64,000 nucleotides of DNA from Heterodontus francisci (lineage: Eukaryota). The position numbers and the translations under genes are program-made. This document shows, one piece after another, positions 26,447 to 39,500 of this stretch. Each line of letters starts with the position of its first letter. Within the stretch, counting starts at the first letter, position 1. Location of the stretch: positions 122,311,593 to 122,375,592 of the forward strand of contig NC_090378.1 of the NCBI RefSeq assembly GCF_036365525.1, read 5' to 3'. The notes beneath the pieces were generated by a model. It was not told where the DNA came from, did no database searches, and saw only the letters and a list, made by a program, of their open reading frames with translations.

Positions 26447-27238
26447 GCCCAGTGGGATGGAAGCCTATGTTTACTGGTCCCTATTGGAGGGCCAGTGGGA
26501 AGGAGGCCCATGTTTACTGATCCCTACTGGAGGCCCAGTGGGAAGGAGGCCCATGTTTACTGGTCCCTATTGGATGCCCAGTGGGAAGGAGGCCCATGTT
26601 TACTGGTCCCTATTGGATGCCCAGTGGGAAGGAGGCCCATGTTTACTGGTCCCTATTGGATGCCCAGTGGGAAGAAGGCCCATGTTTACTGGTCCCTATT
26701 GGAGGGTCCAGTGGGAAGGAGGCCCATGTTTACTGGTCCCTATTGGATGCCCAGTGGGAAGAAGGCCCATGTTTACTGGTCCCTATTGGAGGGTCCAGTG
26801 GGAAGGAGGCCCAGGTTTACTGGTCCCTATTGGAGGATCCAGTGGGAAGGAGGCCCATGTTTACTGGTCCCTATTGGAGGGTCCAGTGGGAAGGAGGCCC
26901 ATGTTTACTGGTCCCTATTGGAGGGTCCAGTGGGAACGAGGCCCATGTTTGCTGGTCCCTATTGGAGGCCCAGTGGGAAGGAGGCCCATGTTTACTGGTC
27001 CCTACTGGATGCCCAGTGGGAAGGAGGCCCATGTTTACTGGTCCCGATTGGAGGGTCCAGTGGGAAGGAGGCCCATGCTTACTGGTCCCTATTGAAGGGT
27101 CCAGTGGGAAGGAGGCCCATGTTTATTGGTCCCGATTGGAGGGTTCAGTGGGAAGGAGGCCCATGTTTACTGTTCCCTATTGGAGGTCCAGTGAGAAGGA
27201 GGCCCATGTTTACTGGTCCCTATTGGAGGTCCAGTGGA
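26447..27238. repeat. 43/44-bp minisatellite, about 18 units
   Basis: Unit CAGTGGGAAGGAGGCCCATGTTTACTGGTCCCTATTGGA(TGCC/GGGTC). Confidence 0.95.
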
Positions 27239-27379
27239 ACATGGTCACCATGGTTGATGTGAAGCAAAGCTCCTTTATGTTGTAAATGTGTGATTGTCGA
27301 CCCCTCATCCCAGTAAAACTCCATGACCCGGAGCCTGACCATGGAAAGGGATGGAGACGGGAAGGGATTAGAACATGTT

Positions 27380-27700
27380 ATGAGCTGACAGGATGGGGCA
27401 GTGGGTCAGACTCTGTCCTGTCCCTCCAGCTCACACTGATGGGGTGAGGATCTCCTCTCTCTGCTGGGCCTTCATGAAATGAACTTTCTGTCCAAACCAG
27501 TCCCATTGAGAATAGGCCAACAGCACAGAACTGCCCTAAATTTGACAATAATCTGCCAGTCTTACTGAGAGAGGTCAAAGCATGGTCACTGTGGGGAATG
27601 GGGCCTTACTCCAGGAGAAGGCATGTTTCTGGGGTCAAGAATTAACAACCATTGATGGGGCAGAGCAGAGGGAGTTTTACCCTTCATTTAACTGCTCCAC
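27380..27700 (+). mobile_element. Possible ancient SINE remnant (DeuSINE-like)
   Basis: GCAGAGCAGAGGGAGTTTTACCCTTCATTTAAC (27660-27692) resembles a SINE 3' motif I recall from shark repeats. Recollection only, not verified. Confidence 0.3.
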
Positions 27701-27714
27701 CTGGCAGACTGTGG

Positions 27715-28110
27715 GAAAGAGAGAGAGGTGGAGGCTGTGAGACAGAGTGAGAGAAAGAGAGAGGGGGAGGCATTTAACTGCTGCACCAGGCCTCAAAGTG
27801 TTCCAGTCTCCAGTAATAACTCCTGTTATAGAGATCAGTTACAGAATTACAGAACAATGGAGGGTGGGAGAGAGAGATGAGTAGGCAGAGGAACAAAGAC
27901 AGAGAGATAGAGACAGGGAAAGAGGGAGAGAGAAACACAGTGGGAGAGAGAGACCAGAAATGAGAGAGAATGAGAAAGAGACAGAGCGACAGGGAGGAGA
28001 GCAAAACAGGGAGAGCGAGATGGGAAGAATGTGAAAGACAGATATGCAATGAGAGAGAGGAGGGTGAAAGTATAACTGAGAGAGATACAGAGAGGTGGAC
28101 GAACAGGGTG
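27715..28110. repeat. GA-rich low-complexity tract
   Basis: (GA)n/GACA-rich purine-biased sequence. Confidence 0.75.
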
Positions 28111-28121
28111 ATAGAAATCCA

Positions 28122-28785
28122 AGGATGAATTTTATGAGTGTTGTCGGGATGTAGACTGTGCAGATGTGTCGTCCCGGAGCCCCCGCGAAATTACACATAG
28201 GGGCTCATTTAAATAAAGGTGTATTATTGTAAAACTTTATTAAATAAAAATCTTTGTGATGGAAGCCCTTCCCCAACTCCCCAATGGTCATTTCATTGCC
28301 CGAAATGATCAACAACTGGCTTTTTCAAATACCTGAACTTTCACCCCAACCTTCAATCTTTTACCCTTCAACCTCTTCCCACCATCCCCACATCCAATCA
28401 AAATTGTTTTCCCCGCTCCCCCGCTCCCCCACCCCTCCCGCCCTGAAAGTTTTATTCCTCCCCGCTCTCCACCAGGTTCCCGCCTGGGAATTCCGTACGG
28501 AGTTCCGAAGGTGCGCGAGGTATGAACGGTGGTGGTAAAATCGGTGTGGGACAGCCGCACCTGCAGGTAAGTTTATTTACATATCATTAAGGTTCATTTT
28601 AATATGGAGATGAAGGTCCTGCTGCCAGGTGGCAGTGGGCGGTGGCACCAATGTCCCCTCGCCACTGGTAATATGCGGCGAGCCCTTCTCCACAACATGG
28701 GGGGTCGAGGCGGGCGACTCCCCACATAATTTTACCTGCCCCAGCGCTGTGACCCGCGAGTGGAGGGGCTGGTAAAATTCAGCCC
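28122..28785. mobile_element. Harbinger-like MITE with imperfect terminal inverted repeats
   Basis: Left end AGGATGAATTTTA (28122-28134) versus right end TAAAATTCAGCCC (28773-28785; reverse complement GGGCTGAATTTTA), 11/13 match. No clear TSD. Confidence 0.6.
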
Positions 28786-28911
28786 AGAGGCTCGAAAACT
28801 GAGACAGAGAGAGGGAGAGGGAGATAGAAAAAGAGGGTGAGAGAGAGAATGAGAGACAGAGAGAGAGACAGAGACAGACAGAGAGAGAGAGACAGAGAGA
28901 GGAGAAACAAT

Positions 28912-29336
28912 GTGCTGGATTCTATGAGCTCGTCAGCGAGTTCAGAAAATGACAGAAAATTCCCACCATCCCCTACATCCTGCTGTTTATTTGACCCTGT
29001 TTCCCCCCCAACTCCTGCACTGAAAAACTGACCTGCTCCCACCTCCCCACCAGTGTGGTGCCTTGTTTCCCCAGACAGGGTTCTGAAGGTGCGACACTGT
29101 GACGGACCCTCAAGATCACGGGTGAGTCGATTTAAATTCATTAATATTATTGATTTAAATGTTTAAATTGTGGTCCTGTCGCCCAGCGGCCGGGTGGTCG
29201 GCACGGAGCCTCCCCGTCACCGGGAGGATCGGGAGTAGCTCTGCCGGCGTCAAGGTCCGTGGTGGCCTCATCCGGAGCCAACTTCAGGATCTCCCACCAG
29301 GGATCACAATGTCGAGGGAGCCTTAAAATCCAGGCC
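28912..29336. mobile_element. Harbinger-like MITE with imperfect terminal inverted repeats
   Basis: Left end GTGCTGGATTCTA versus right end TAAAATCCAGGCC (reverse complement GGCCTGGATTTTA), 10/13 match. Internal homology to 25470-25717. Confidence 0.55.
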
Positions 29337-29339
29337 AGT

Positions 29340-29860
29340 GAGACAGAGTAACAGAGAGAGAGAGGCAGAAAGAGAGGATGACAAAGAAAGAGCACAAAAG
29401 AGCAAAACAGAGACAAGGATAGAGAGAAGGGGAGAGAAAGAGAGTGAGTGAGGGAGAGGGATCGTGAGAGAGGGAGACAGAGGAAGTGGAAGAGAAGGAG
29501 GAGAGGGAGAGTGAGGAAGAGGAAGAGAGGGAGGAGAGGGAGAGTGAGGAAGAGGAAGAGAGGGAGACAGAGGAAGAGAGGGAGGAGAGGGAGAGTGAGG
29601 AAGAGGAAGAGAGGGAGACAGAGGAAGAGGAAAAGAGGGAGGAGAGTGAGAGTGAGGAAGAGGAAGAGAGGGAGGAGAGGGAGAGTGAGGAAGAGGAAGG
29701 GAGGGAGACAGGAAGAGGAAAAGAGGGAGAAGAGGGAGAGTCAGAGGGTGGAAGAGGAAGACAGGGAGACAGAGGGAGGAGAGGGAGAGTGAGGAAGAGG
29801 GAGGGAGGAGAGGGAGAGTGAGAGGGAGGGTGGAAGAGGGAGAGAGAAGAGGAAGTGAGA
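29340..29860. repeat. Polypurine (GA) tract with GAGGAAGAG(A)GGGAG sub-repeats directly upstream of the V promoter
   Basis: Almost purely A/G on the + strand, with short tandem duplications such as GAGGAAGAGAGGGAGGAGAGGGAGAGTGAGGAA. Confidence 0.9.
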
Positions 29861-29947
29861 GTTGCTGACGTGCCTTTCTCTGGGTGATACCATTTACATA
29901 CTGAGAAACAGGCAGTCAGACTCTCACAGGCTGCAGCTTTATAAAGC
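29846..29947 (+). promoter_or_regulatory. Ig light-chain V promoter
   Basis: PU.1-like GAAGAGGAAGTG (29846-29857), CRE-like TGACGTG (29866-29872), octamer variant ATTTACAT (29892-29899, about 107 bp before the ATG), TATAAA (29940-29945). Kozak context GCACCATG at the ATG. Confidence 0.75.
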
Positions 29948-30005
29948 AGAGCCCAGTGAAGGGAGAGTTTATCAGTAACCAGGCACAGAGACAGGAGCAG
30001 GCACC

Positions 30006-30054
30006 ATGATTTCACCCATCCAGCTGATCTGGCCTCTGGCATTCTGCGTCGCAG
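30006..30054 (+). CDS. IGKV: Ig kappa-type light chain leader exon (L-part1), MISPIQLIWPLAFCVA(G)
   Basis: ATG at 30006, hydrophobic signal peptide, phase-1 donor CAG|GTACAA at 30054/30055. Matches my recollection of the shark NS4/kappa leader. Confidence 0.93.
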
Positions 30055-30240
30055 GTACAAATCTCTCTCCTTCCACGTTTAATATTTTCCTGCTGTTTAT
30101 TTCAGTCCAATTCTACTGACTTGTGATTGGAGTGAAAATGCTGAAACATGAGGAGCGGTCACTGTCTCTAATAATATCTCATTTTACAGGGTCTTTCTGT
30201 GACAGTTCTTACTTCACTCTGTTTCTCTATTACCCCTCAG

Positions 30241-30542
30241 GTATCAGTGGAGACACCATCATCATGACCCAGTCTCCACCGGCACTGTCAGTGACACTGG
30301 GACAGACCGCAACGATCACCTGTACGGCCAGCCAGTCCGTGAGCAAGTATGTAGCTTGGTATCAGCAGCGAGACGGTCAGAAACCCACTCTCCTGATCTA
30401 TGGTGCAACAACTCGATACACAGGAATATCGGAACGGTTCACCGGCAGTCAACAGAACCTCAAATTCACTCTGACAATCAGTAATGTACAGAATGAGGAT
30501 GTCGCAGATTATTACTGTCAGCAATATTACAGCTTCCCTCTA
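30241..30542 (+). CDS. IGKV: Unrearranged Ig kappa-type (shark type III/NS4-like) light chain V exon
   Basis: Acceptor tacccctcag|GT at 30240. Reads (G)[99 protein letters not shown], with conserved Cys, WYQQ and DYYC. Open frame; followed by a 12-RSS as expected for kappa. Confidence 0.96.
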
Positions 30543-30570
30543 CACAGTGAGACAGAGCCGTACAAAAACC
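30543..30570 (+). promoter_or_regulatory. Recombination signal sequence, 12-bp spacer, perfect consensus
   Basis: CACAGTG (30543-30549) + AGACAGAGCCGT (12 nt) + ACAAAAACC (30562-30570). Confidence 0.98.
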
Positions 30571-30575
30571 TCAAT

Positions 30576-33500
30576 ACACACAGTCCCACCTCCTGTACTG
30601 ACACATCCCACAGTTATATATAATATATAATAATGAACACACAGTCCCACCTCCTGCACTGACACATCCCACAGTTATATATAATATATAATAATGAACA
30701 CACAGTCCCACCTCCTGTACTGACACATCCCACAGTTATATATAATATATAATAATGAACACACAGTCCCACCTCCTGTACTGACACATCCCACAGTTAT
30801 ATATAATATATAATAATGGACACACAGTCCCACCTCCTGCACTGACACATCCCACAGTTATATATAATATATAATAATGAACACACAGTCCCACCTCCTG
30901 TACTGACACATCCCACAGTTATATATAATATATAATAATGAACACACAGTCCCACCTCCTGTACTGACACATCCCACAGTTATATATAATATATAATAAT
31001 GGACACACAGTCCCACCTCCTGCACTGACACATCCCACAGTTATATATAATATATAATAATGAACACACAGTCCCACCTCCTGCACTGACACATCCCACA
31101 GTTATATATAATATATAATAATGAACACACAGTCCCACCTCCTGTACTGACACGTCCCACAGTTATATATAATATATAATAATGGACACACAGTCCCACC
31201 TCCTGCACTGACACATCCCACAGTTATATATAATATATAATAATGGACACACAGTCCCACCTCCTGCACTGACACATCCCACAGTTATATATAATATATA
31301 ATAATGGACACACAGTCCCACCTCCTGTACTGACACGTCCCACAGTTATATATAATATATAATAATGGACACACAGTCCCACCTCCTGTACTGACACATC
31401 CCACAGTTATATATAATATATAATAATGAACACACAGTCCCACCTCCTGTACTGACACGTCCCACAGTTATATATAATATATAATAATGAACACACAGTC
31501 CCACCTCCTGCACTGACACATCCCACAGTTATATATAATATATAATAATGGACACACAGTCCCACCTCCTGCACTGACACATCCCACAGTTATATATAAT
31601 ATATAATAATGAACACACAGTCCCACCTCCTGCACTGACACATCCCACAATTATATATAATATATAATAATGAACACACAGTCCCACCTCCTGTACTGAC
31701 ACATCCCACAGTTATATATAATATATAATAATGGACACACAGTCCCACCTCCTGTACTGACACATCCCACAGTTATATATAATCTATAATAATGGACACA
31801 CAGTCCCACCTCCTGTACTGACACGTCCCACAGTTATATATAATATATAATAATGGACACACAGTCCCACCTCCTGTACTGAAACGTTCCACAGTTATAT
31901 ATAATATATAATAATGGACACACAGTCCCACCTCCTGTACTGAAATGTCCCACAGTTATATATAATATATAATAATGGACACACAGTCCCACCTCCTGTA
32001 CTGACACGTCCCAAAGTTATATATAATATATAATAATGGACACACAGTCCCACCTCCTGTACTGACATGTCCCACAGTTATATATAATATATAATAATGG
32101 ACACACAGTCCCACCTCCTGTACTGACACGTCCCACAGTTATATAATATAATAATGGACACACAGTCCCACCTCCTGGACTGACACGTCCCACAGTTATA
32201 TATAATATATAATAATGGACACACAGTCCCACCTCCTGTACTGACACGTCCCACAGTTATATATAATATATAATAATGGACACACAGTCCCACCTCCTGT
32301 ACTGACACATCCCACAGTTATATATAATATATAATAATGGACACACAGTCCCACCTCCTGTACTGAGACGTCCCACAGTTATATAATATAATAATGGACA
32401 CACAGTCCCACCTCCTGCACTGACACGTCCCACAGTTCTATATAAGATATAATAATGAACACACAGTCCCACCTCCGGTACTGACACATCCCACAGTTAT
32501 ATATAATATATAATAATGGACACACAGTCCCACCTCCTGTACTGACACGTCCACAGTTATATATAATATATAATAATGGACACACAGTCCCACCTCCTGT
32601 ACTGACACGTCCCACAGTTATATATAATATATAATAATGGACACACAGTCCCACCTCCTGTACTGACACGTCCACAGTTATATATAATATATAATAATGG
32701 ACACACAGTCCCACCTCCTGTACTGACACATCCCACAGTTATATATAATATATAATAATGGACACACAGTCCCACCTCCTGTACTGACACGTCCACAGTT
32801 ATATATAATATATAATAATGGACACACAGTCCCACCTCCTGTACTGACACATCCCACAGTTATATAAAATATATAATAATGGATACACAGTCCCACCTCC
32901 TGTACTGACATGTCCCACAGTTATATAATATAATAATGGACACACAGTCCCACCTCCTGTACTGACATGTCCCACAGTTATATAATATAATAATGGACAC
33001 ACAGTCCCACCTCCTGTACTGACACATCCCACAGTTATATATAATATATAATAATGGACACACAGTCCCACCTCCTGTACTGACATGTCCCACAGTTATA
33101 TAATATAATAATGGACACACAGTCCCACCTCCTGTACTGACATGTCCCACAGTTATATAATATAATAATGGACACACAGTCCCACCTCCTGTACTGACAC
33201 ATCCCACTGTTATATATAATATATAATAATGGACACACAGTCCCACCTCCTGTACTGACATGTCCCACAGTTATATAATATAATAATGGACACACAGTCC
33301 CACCTCCTGTACTGACACATCCCACTGTTATATATAATATATAATAATGGACACACAGTCCCAGCTCCTGTACTGACACGTCCCACAGTTATATATAATG
33401 TATAATAATGGACACACAGTCCCACCTCCTGTACTGACACATCCCACAGATATATAATATAATAATGGACACACAGTACCACCTCCTGTACTGACACGTC

Positions 33501-36500
33501 CCACAATTACATATAATATATAATAATGGACACACAGTCCCACCTCCTGTACTGACACGTCCCACAGTTATATATAATATATAATAATGGACACACAGTC
33601 CCACCTCCTGTACTGACACGTCCCACAGTTATATATAATATATAATAATGGACACACAGTCCCACCTCCTGTCCTGACACGTCCCACAGTTATATAATAT
33701 AATAATGGACACACAGTCCCACCTCCTGTACTGACACCTCCCACAGTTATATATAATATATAATAATGGACACACAGTCCCATCTCCTGTACTGACACGT
33801 CCCACAGTTATATATAATATATAATAATGGACACACAGTCCCATCTCCTGTACTGACACGTCCCACAGTTATATATAATATATAATAATGGACACATAGT
33901 CCCACCTCCTGTACTGACACATCCCACACTTATATATAATATATAATAATGGACACACAGTCCCACCTCCTGTACTGACACATCCCACACTTATATATAA
34001 TATATAATAATGGACACACAGTCCCACCGCCTGTACTGACACATCCCACAGATATATATAATAAAAAATAATGGACTCACAGTCCCACCTCCTGTACTGA
34101 CACATCCCACAGTTATATATAATATATAATAATGGACACACAGTCCCACCGCCTGTACTGACACATCCCACAGATATATATAATAAAAAATAATGGACTC
34201 ACAGTCCCACCTCCTGTACTGACACATCCCACAGTTATATATAATATATGATAATGGACACGCAGTCCCACCTCCTGTACTGACTCATCCCACAGTTATA
34301 TATAATTTATGATAATGGACACACAGTCCCACCTCCTGTACTGACACTTCCCACAGTTACATACAATATATAATAATGGACACACAGTCCCACCTCCTGC
34401 ACTGACACGTCCCACAGTTATATACAATATATAATAATGGACACACAGTCCCACCTCCTGTATACTGACACATCCCACAGTTATATATAATATATAATAA
34501 TGGACACACAGTCCCACCTCATGTACTGACATATCCCACAGTTATATACAATATATAATAATGGACACACAGTCCCACCTCCTGGACTGACACATCCCAC
34601 AGTTATATGTAATATATAATAATGGACACACGGTCCCACCTCCTGTACTGACACATCCCACAGTTATATATAATATATAATAATGGACACACAGTCCCAC
34701 CTCCTGGACTGACACATCCCACAGTTATATATAATATATAATAATGGACACACCGTCTCACCTCCTGGACTGACACATCCCACAGTTATATATAATATAT
34801 AATAATGGACACTCAGTCCCACCTCCTGTACTGACACATCCCACAGTTATATATAATATATAATAATGGACACACAGTCCCACCTCCTGTACTGACACGT
34901 CCCAAAGTTATATATAATATATAATAATGGACACACAGTCCCACCTCCTGTACTGACATGTCCCACAGTTATATATAATATATAATAATGGACACACAGT
35001 CCCACCTCCTGTACTGACACGTCCCACAGTTATATAATATAATAATGGACACACAGTCCCACCTCCTGTACTGACACGTCCCACAGTTATATATAATATA
35101 TAATAATGGACACACAGTCCCACCTCCTGTACTGACACGTCCCACAGTTATATATAATATATAATAATGGACACACAGTCCCACCTCCTGTACTGACACA
35201 TCCCACAGTTATATATAATATATAATAATGGACACACAGTCCCACCTCCTGTACTGAGACGTCCCACAGTTATATAATATAATAATGGACACACAGTCCC
35301 ACCTCCTGCACTGACACGTCCCACAGTTCTATATAAGATATAATAATGAACACACAGTCCCACCTCCGGTACTGACTCATCCCACAGTTATATATAATAT
35401 ATAATAATGGACACACAGTCCCACCTCCTGTACTGACACGTCCACAGTTATATATAATATATAATAATGGACACACAGTCCCACCTCCTGTACTGACACG
35501 TCCCACAGTTATATATAATATATAATAATGGACACACAGTCCCACCTCCTGTACTGACACGTCCACAGTTATATATAATATATAATAATGGACACACAGT
35601 CCCACCTCCTGTACTGACACATCCCACAGTTATATATAATATATAATAATGGACACACAGTCCCACCTCCTGTACTGACATGTCCCACAGTTATATAAAA
35701 TATATAATAATGGATACACAGTCCCACCTCCTGTACTGACATGTCCCACAGTTATATAAAATATATAATAATGGACACACAGTCCCACCTCCTGTACTGA
35801 CACATCCCACAGTTATATATAATATATAATAATGGACACACAGTCCCACCTCCTGTACTGACATGTCCCACAGTTATATAAAATATATAATAATGGATAC
35901 ATAGTCCCACCTCCTGTACTGACATGTCCCACAGTTATATAATATAATAATGGACACACAGTCCCACCTCCTGTACTGACACATCCCACAGTTATATATA
36001 ATATATAATAATGGACACACAGTCCCACCTCCTGTACTGACATGTCCCACAGTTATATAATATAATAATGGACACACAGTCCCACCTCCTGTACTGACAT
36101 GTCCCACAGTTATATAATATAATAATGGACACACAGTCCCACCTCCTGTACTGACACATCCCACAGTTATATATAATATATAATAATGGACACACAGTCC
36201 CACCTCCTGTACTGACATGTCCCACAGTTATATAATATAATAATGGACACACAGTCCCACCTCCTGTACTGACACATCCCACAGTTATATATAATATATA
36301 ATAATGGACACACAGTCCCACCTCCTGTACTGACATGTCCCACAGTTATATAATATAATAATGGACACACAGTCCCACCTCCTGTACTGACATGTCCCAC
36401 AGTTATATAATATAATAATGGACACACAGTCCCGCCTCCTGTACTGACACATCCCACTGTTATATATAATATATAATAATGGACACACAGTCCCACCTCC

Positions 36501-39500
36501 TGTACTGACATGTCCCACAGTTATATAATATAATAATGGACACACAGTCCCAACTCCTGTACTGACACATCCCACTGTTATATATAATATATAATAATGG
36601 ACACACAGTCCCAGCTCCTGTACTGACACGTCCCACAGTTATATATAATGTATAATAATGGACACACAGTCCCACCTCCTGTACTGACACATCCCACAGT
36701 TATATAATATAATAATGGACACACAGTACCACCTCCTGTACTGACACGTCCCACAATTACATATAATATATAATAATGGACACACAGTCCCACCTCCTGT
36801 ACTGACACGTCCCACAGTTATATATAATATATAATAATGGACACACAGTCCCACCTCCTGTACTGACATGTCCCACAGTTATATATAAGTTATAATAATG
36901 GACACACAGTCCCACCTCCTGTACTGACACGTCCCACAGTTATATATAATATATAATAAAGGACACACAGTCCCACCTCCTGTACTGACACATCCCACAG
37001 TTATATATAATATATAATAATGGACACACAGTCCCACCTCCTGCACTGACACATCCCACAGTTATATATAATATATAATAATGAACACACAGTCCCACCT
37101 CCTGTACTGACACATCCCACAGTTATATATAATATATAATAATGAACACACAGTCCCACCTCCTGTACTGACACATCCCACAGTTATATATAATATATAA
37201 TAATGGACACACAGTCCCACCTCCTGCACTGACACATCCCACAGTTATATATAATATATAATAATGAACACACAGTCCCACCTCCTGCACTGACACATCC
37301 CACAGTTATATATAATATATAATAATGAACACACAGTCCCACCTCCTGTACTGACACGTCCCACAGTTATATATAATATATAATAATGGACACACAGTCC
37401 CACCTCCTGCACTGACACATCCCACAGTTATATATAATATATAATAATGGACACACAGTCCCACCTCCTGCACTGACACATCCCACAGTTATATATAATA
37501 TATAATAATGGACACACAGTCCCACCTCCTGTACTGACACGTCCCACAGTTATATATAATATATAATAATGGACACACAGTCCCACCTCCTGTACTGACA
37601 CATCCCACAGTTATATATAATATATAATAATGAACACACAGTCCCACCTCCTGTACTGACACGTCCCACAGTTATATATAATATATAATAATGAACACAC
37701 AGTCCCACCTCCTGCACTGACACATCCCACAGTTATATATAATATATAATAATGGACACACAGTCCCACCTCCTGCACTGACACATCCCACAGTTATATA
37801 TAATATATAATAATGAACACACAGTCCCACCTCCTGCACTGACACATCCCACAATTATATATAATATATAATAATGAACACACAGTCCCACCTCCTGTAC
37901 TGACACATCCCACAGTTATATATAATATATAATAATGGACACACAGTCCCACCTCCTGTACTGACACATCCCACAGTTATATATAATCTATAATAATGGA
38001 CACACAGTCCCACCTCCTGTACTGACACGTCCCACAGTTATATATAATATATAATAATGGACACACAGTCCCACCTCCTGTACTGAAACGTTCCACAGTT
38101 ATATATAATATATAATAATGGACACACAGTCCCACCTCCTGTACTGAAATGTCCCACAGTTATATATAATATATAATAATGGACACACAGTCCCACCTCC
38201 TGTACTGACACGTCCCAAAGTTATATATAATATATAATAATGGACACACAGTCCCACCTCCTGTACTGACATGTCCCACAGTTATATATAATATATAATA
38301 ATGGACACACAGTCCCACCTCCTGTACTGACACGTCCCACAGTTATATAATATAATAATGGACACACAGTCCCACCTCCTGGACTGACACGTCCCACAGT
38401 TATATATAATATATAATAATGGACACACAGTCCCACCTCCTGTACTGACACGTCCCACAGTTATATATAATATATAATAATGGACACACAGTCCCACCTC
38501 CTGTACTGACACATCCCACAGTTATATATAATATATAATAATGGACACACAGTCCCACCTCCTGTACTGAGACGTCCCACAGTTATATAATATAATAATG
38601 GACACACAGTCCCACCTCCTGCACTGACACGTCCCACAGTTCTATATAAGATATAATAATGAACACACAGTCCCACCTCCGGTACTGACACATCCCACAG
38701 TTATATATAATATATAATAATGGACACACAGTCCCACCTCCTGTACTGACACGTCCACAGTTATATATAATATATAATAATGGACACACAGTCCCACCTC
38801 CTGTACTGACACGTCCCAGAGTTATATATAATATATAATAATGGACACACAGTCCCACCTCCTGTACTGACACGTCCACAGTTATATATAATATATAATA
38901 ATGGACACACAGTCCCACCTCCTGTACTGACACATCCCACAGTTATATATAATATATAATAATGGACACACAGTCCCACCTCCTGTACTGACACGTCCAC
39001 AGTTATATATAATATATAATAATGGACACACAGTCCCACCTCCTGTACTGACACATCCCACAGTTATATAAAATATATAATAATGGATACACAGTCCCAC
39101 CTCCTGTACTGACATGTCCCACAGTTATATAATATAATAATGGACACACAGTCCCACCTCCTGTACTGACATGTCCCACAGTTATATAATATAATAATGG
39201 ACACACAGTCCCACCTCCTGTACTGACACATCCCACAGTTATATATAATATATAATAATGGACACACAGTCCCACCTCCTGTACTGACATGTCCCACAGT
39301 TATATAATATAATAATGGACACACAGTCCCACCTCCTGTACTGACATGTCCCACAGTTATATAATATAATAATGGACACACAGTCCCACCTCCTGTACTG
39401 ACACATCCCACTGTTATATATAATATATAATAATGGACACACAGTCCCACCTCCTGTACTGACATGTCCCACAGTTATATAATATAATAATGGACACACA

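Noticed and set aside
26406-27285. Three overlapping 229-255 aa ORFs
   Set aside because: 43/44-bp minisatellite open in all frames.
29448-29821. Glu-rich and Arg-rich ORFs
   Set aside because: Translation of the GA polypurine tract.
30241-30570. Germline-joined VJ gene, as occurs in some shark light-chain clusters
   Set aside because: The V ends in an intact RSS and no FGxG J sequence follows.
30123-30623. 166-aa ORF as a single-exon gene
   Set aside because: It starts at a GTG inside the leader intron and reads through the RSS into the satellite; the real structure is leader exon plus V exon.
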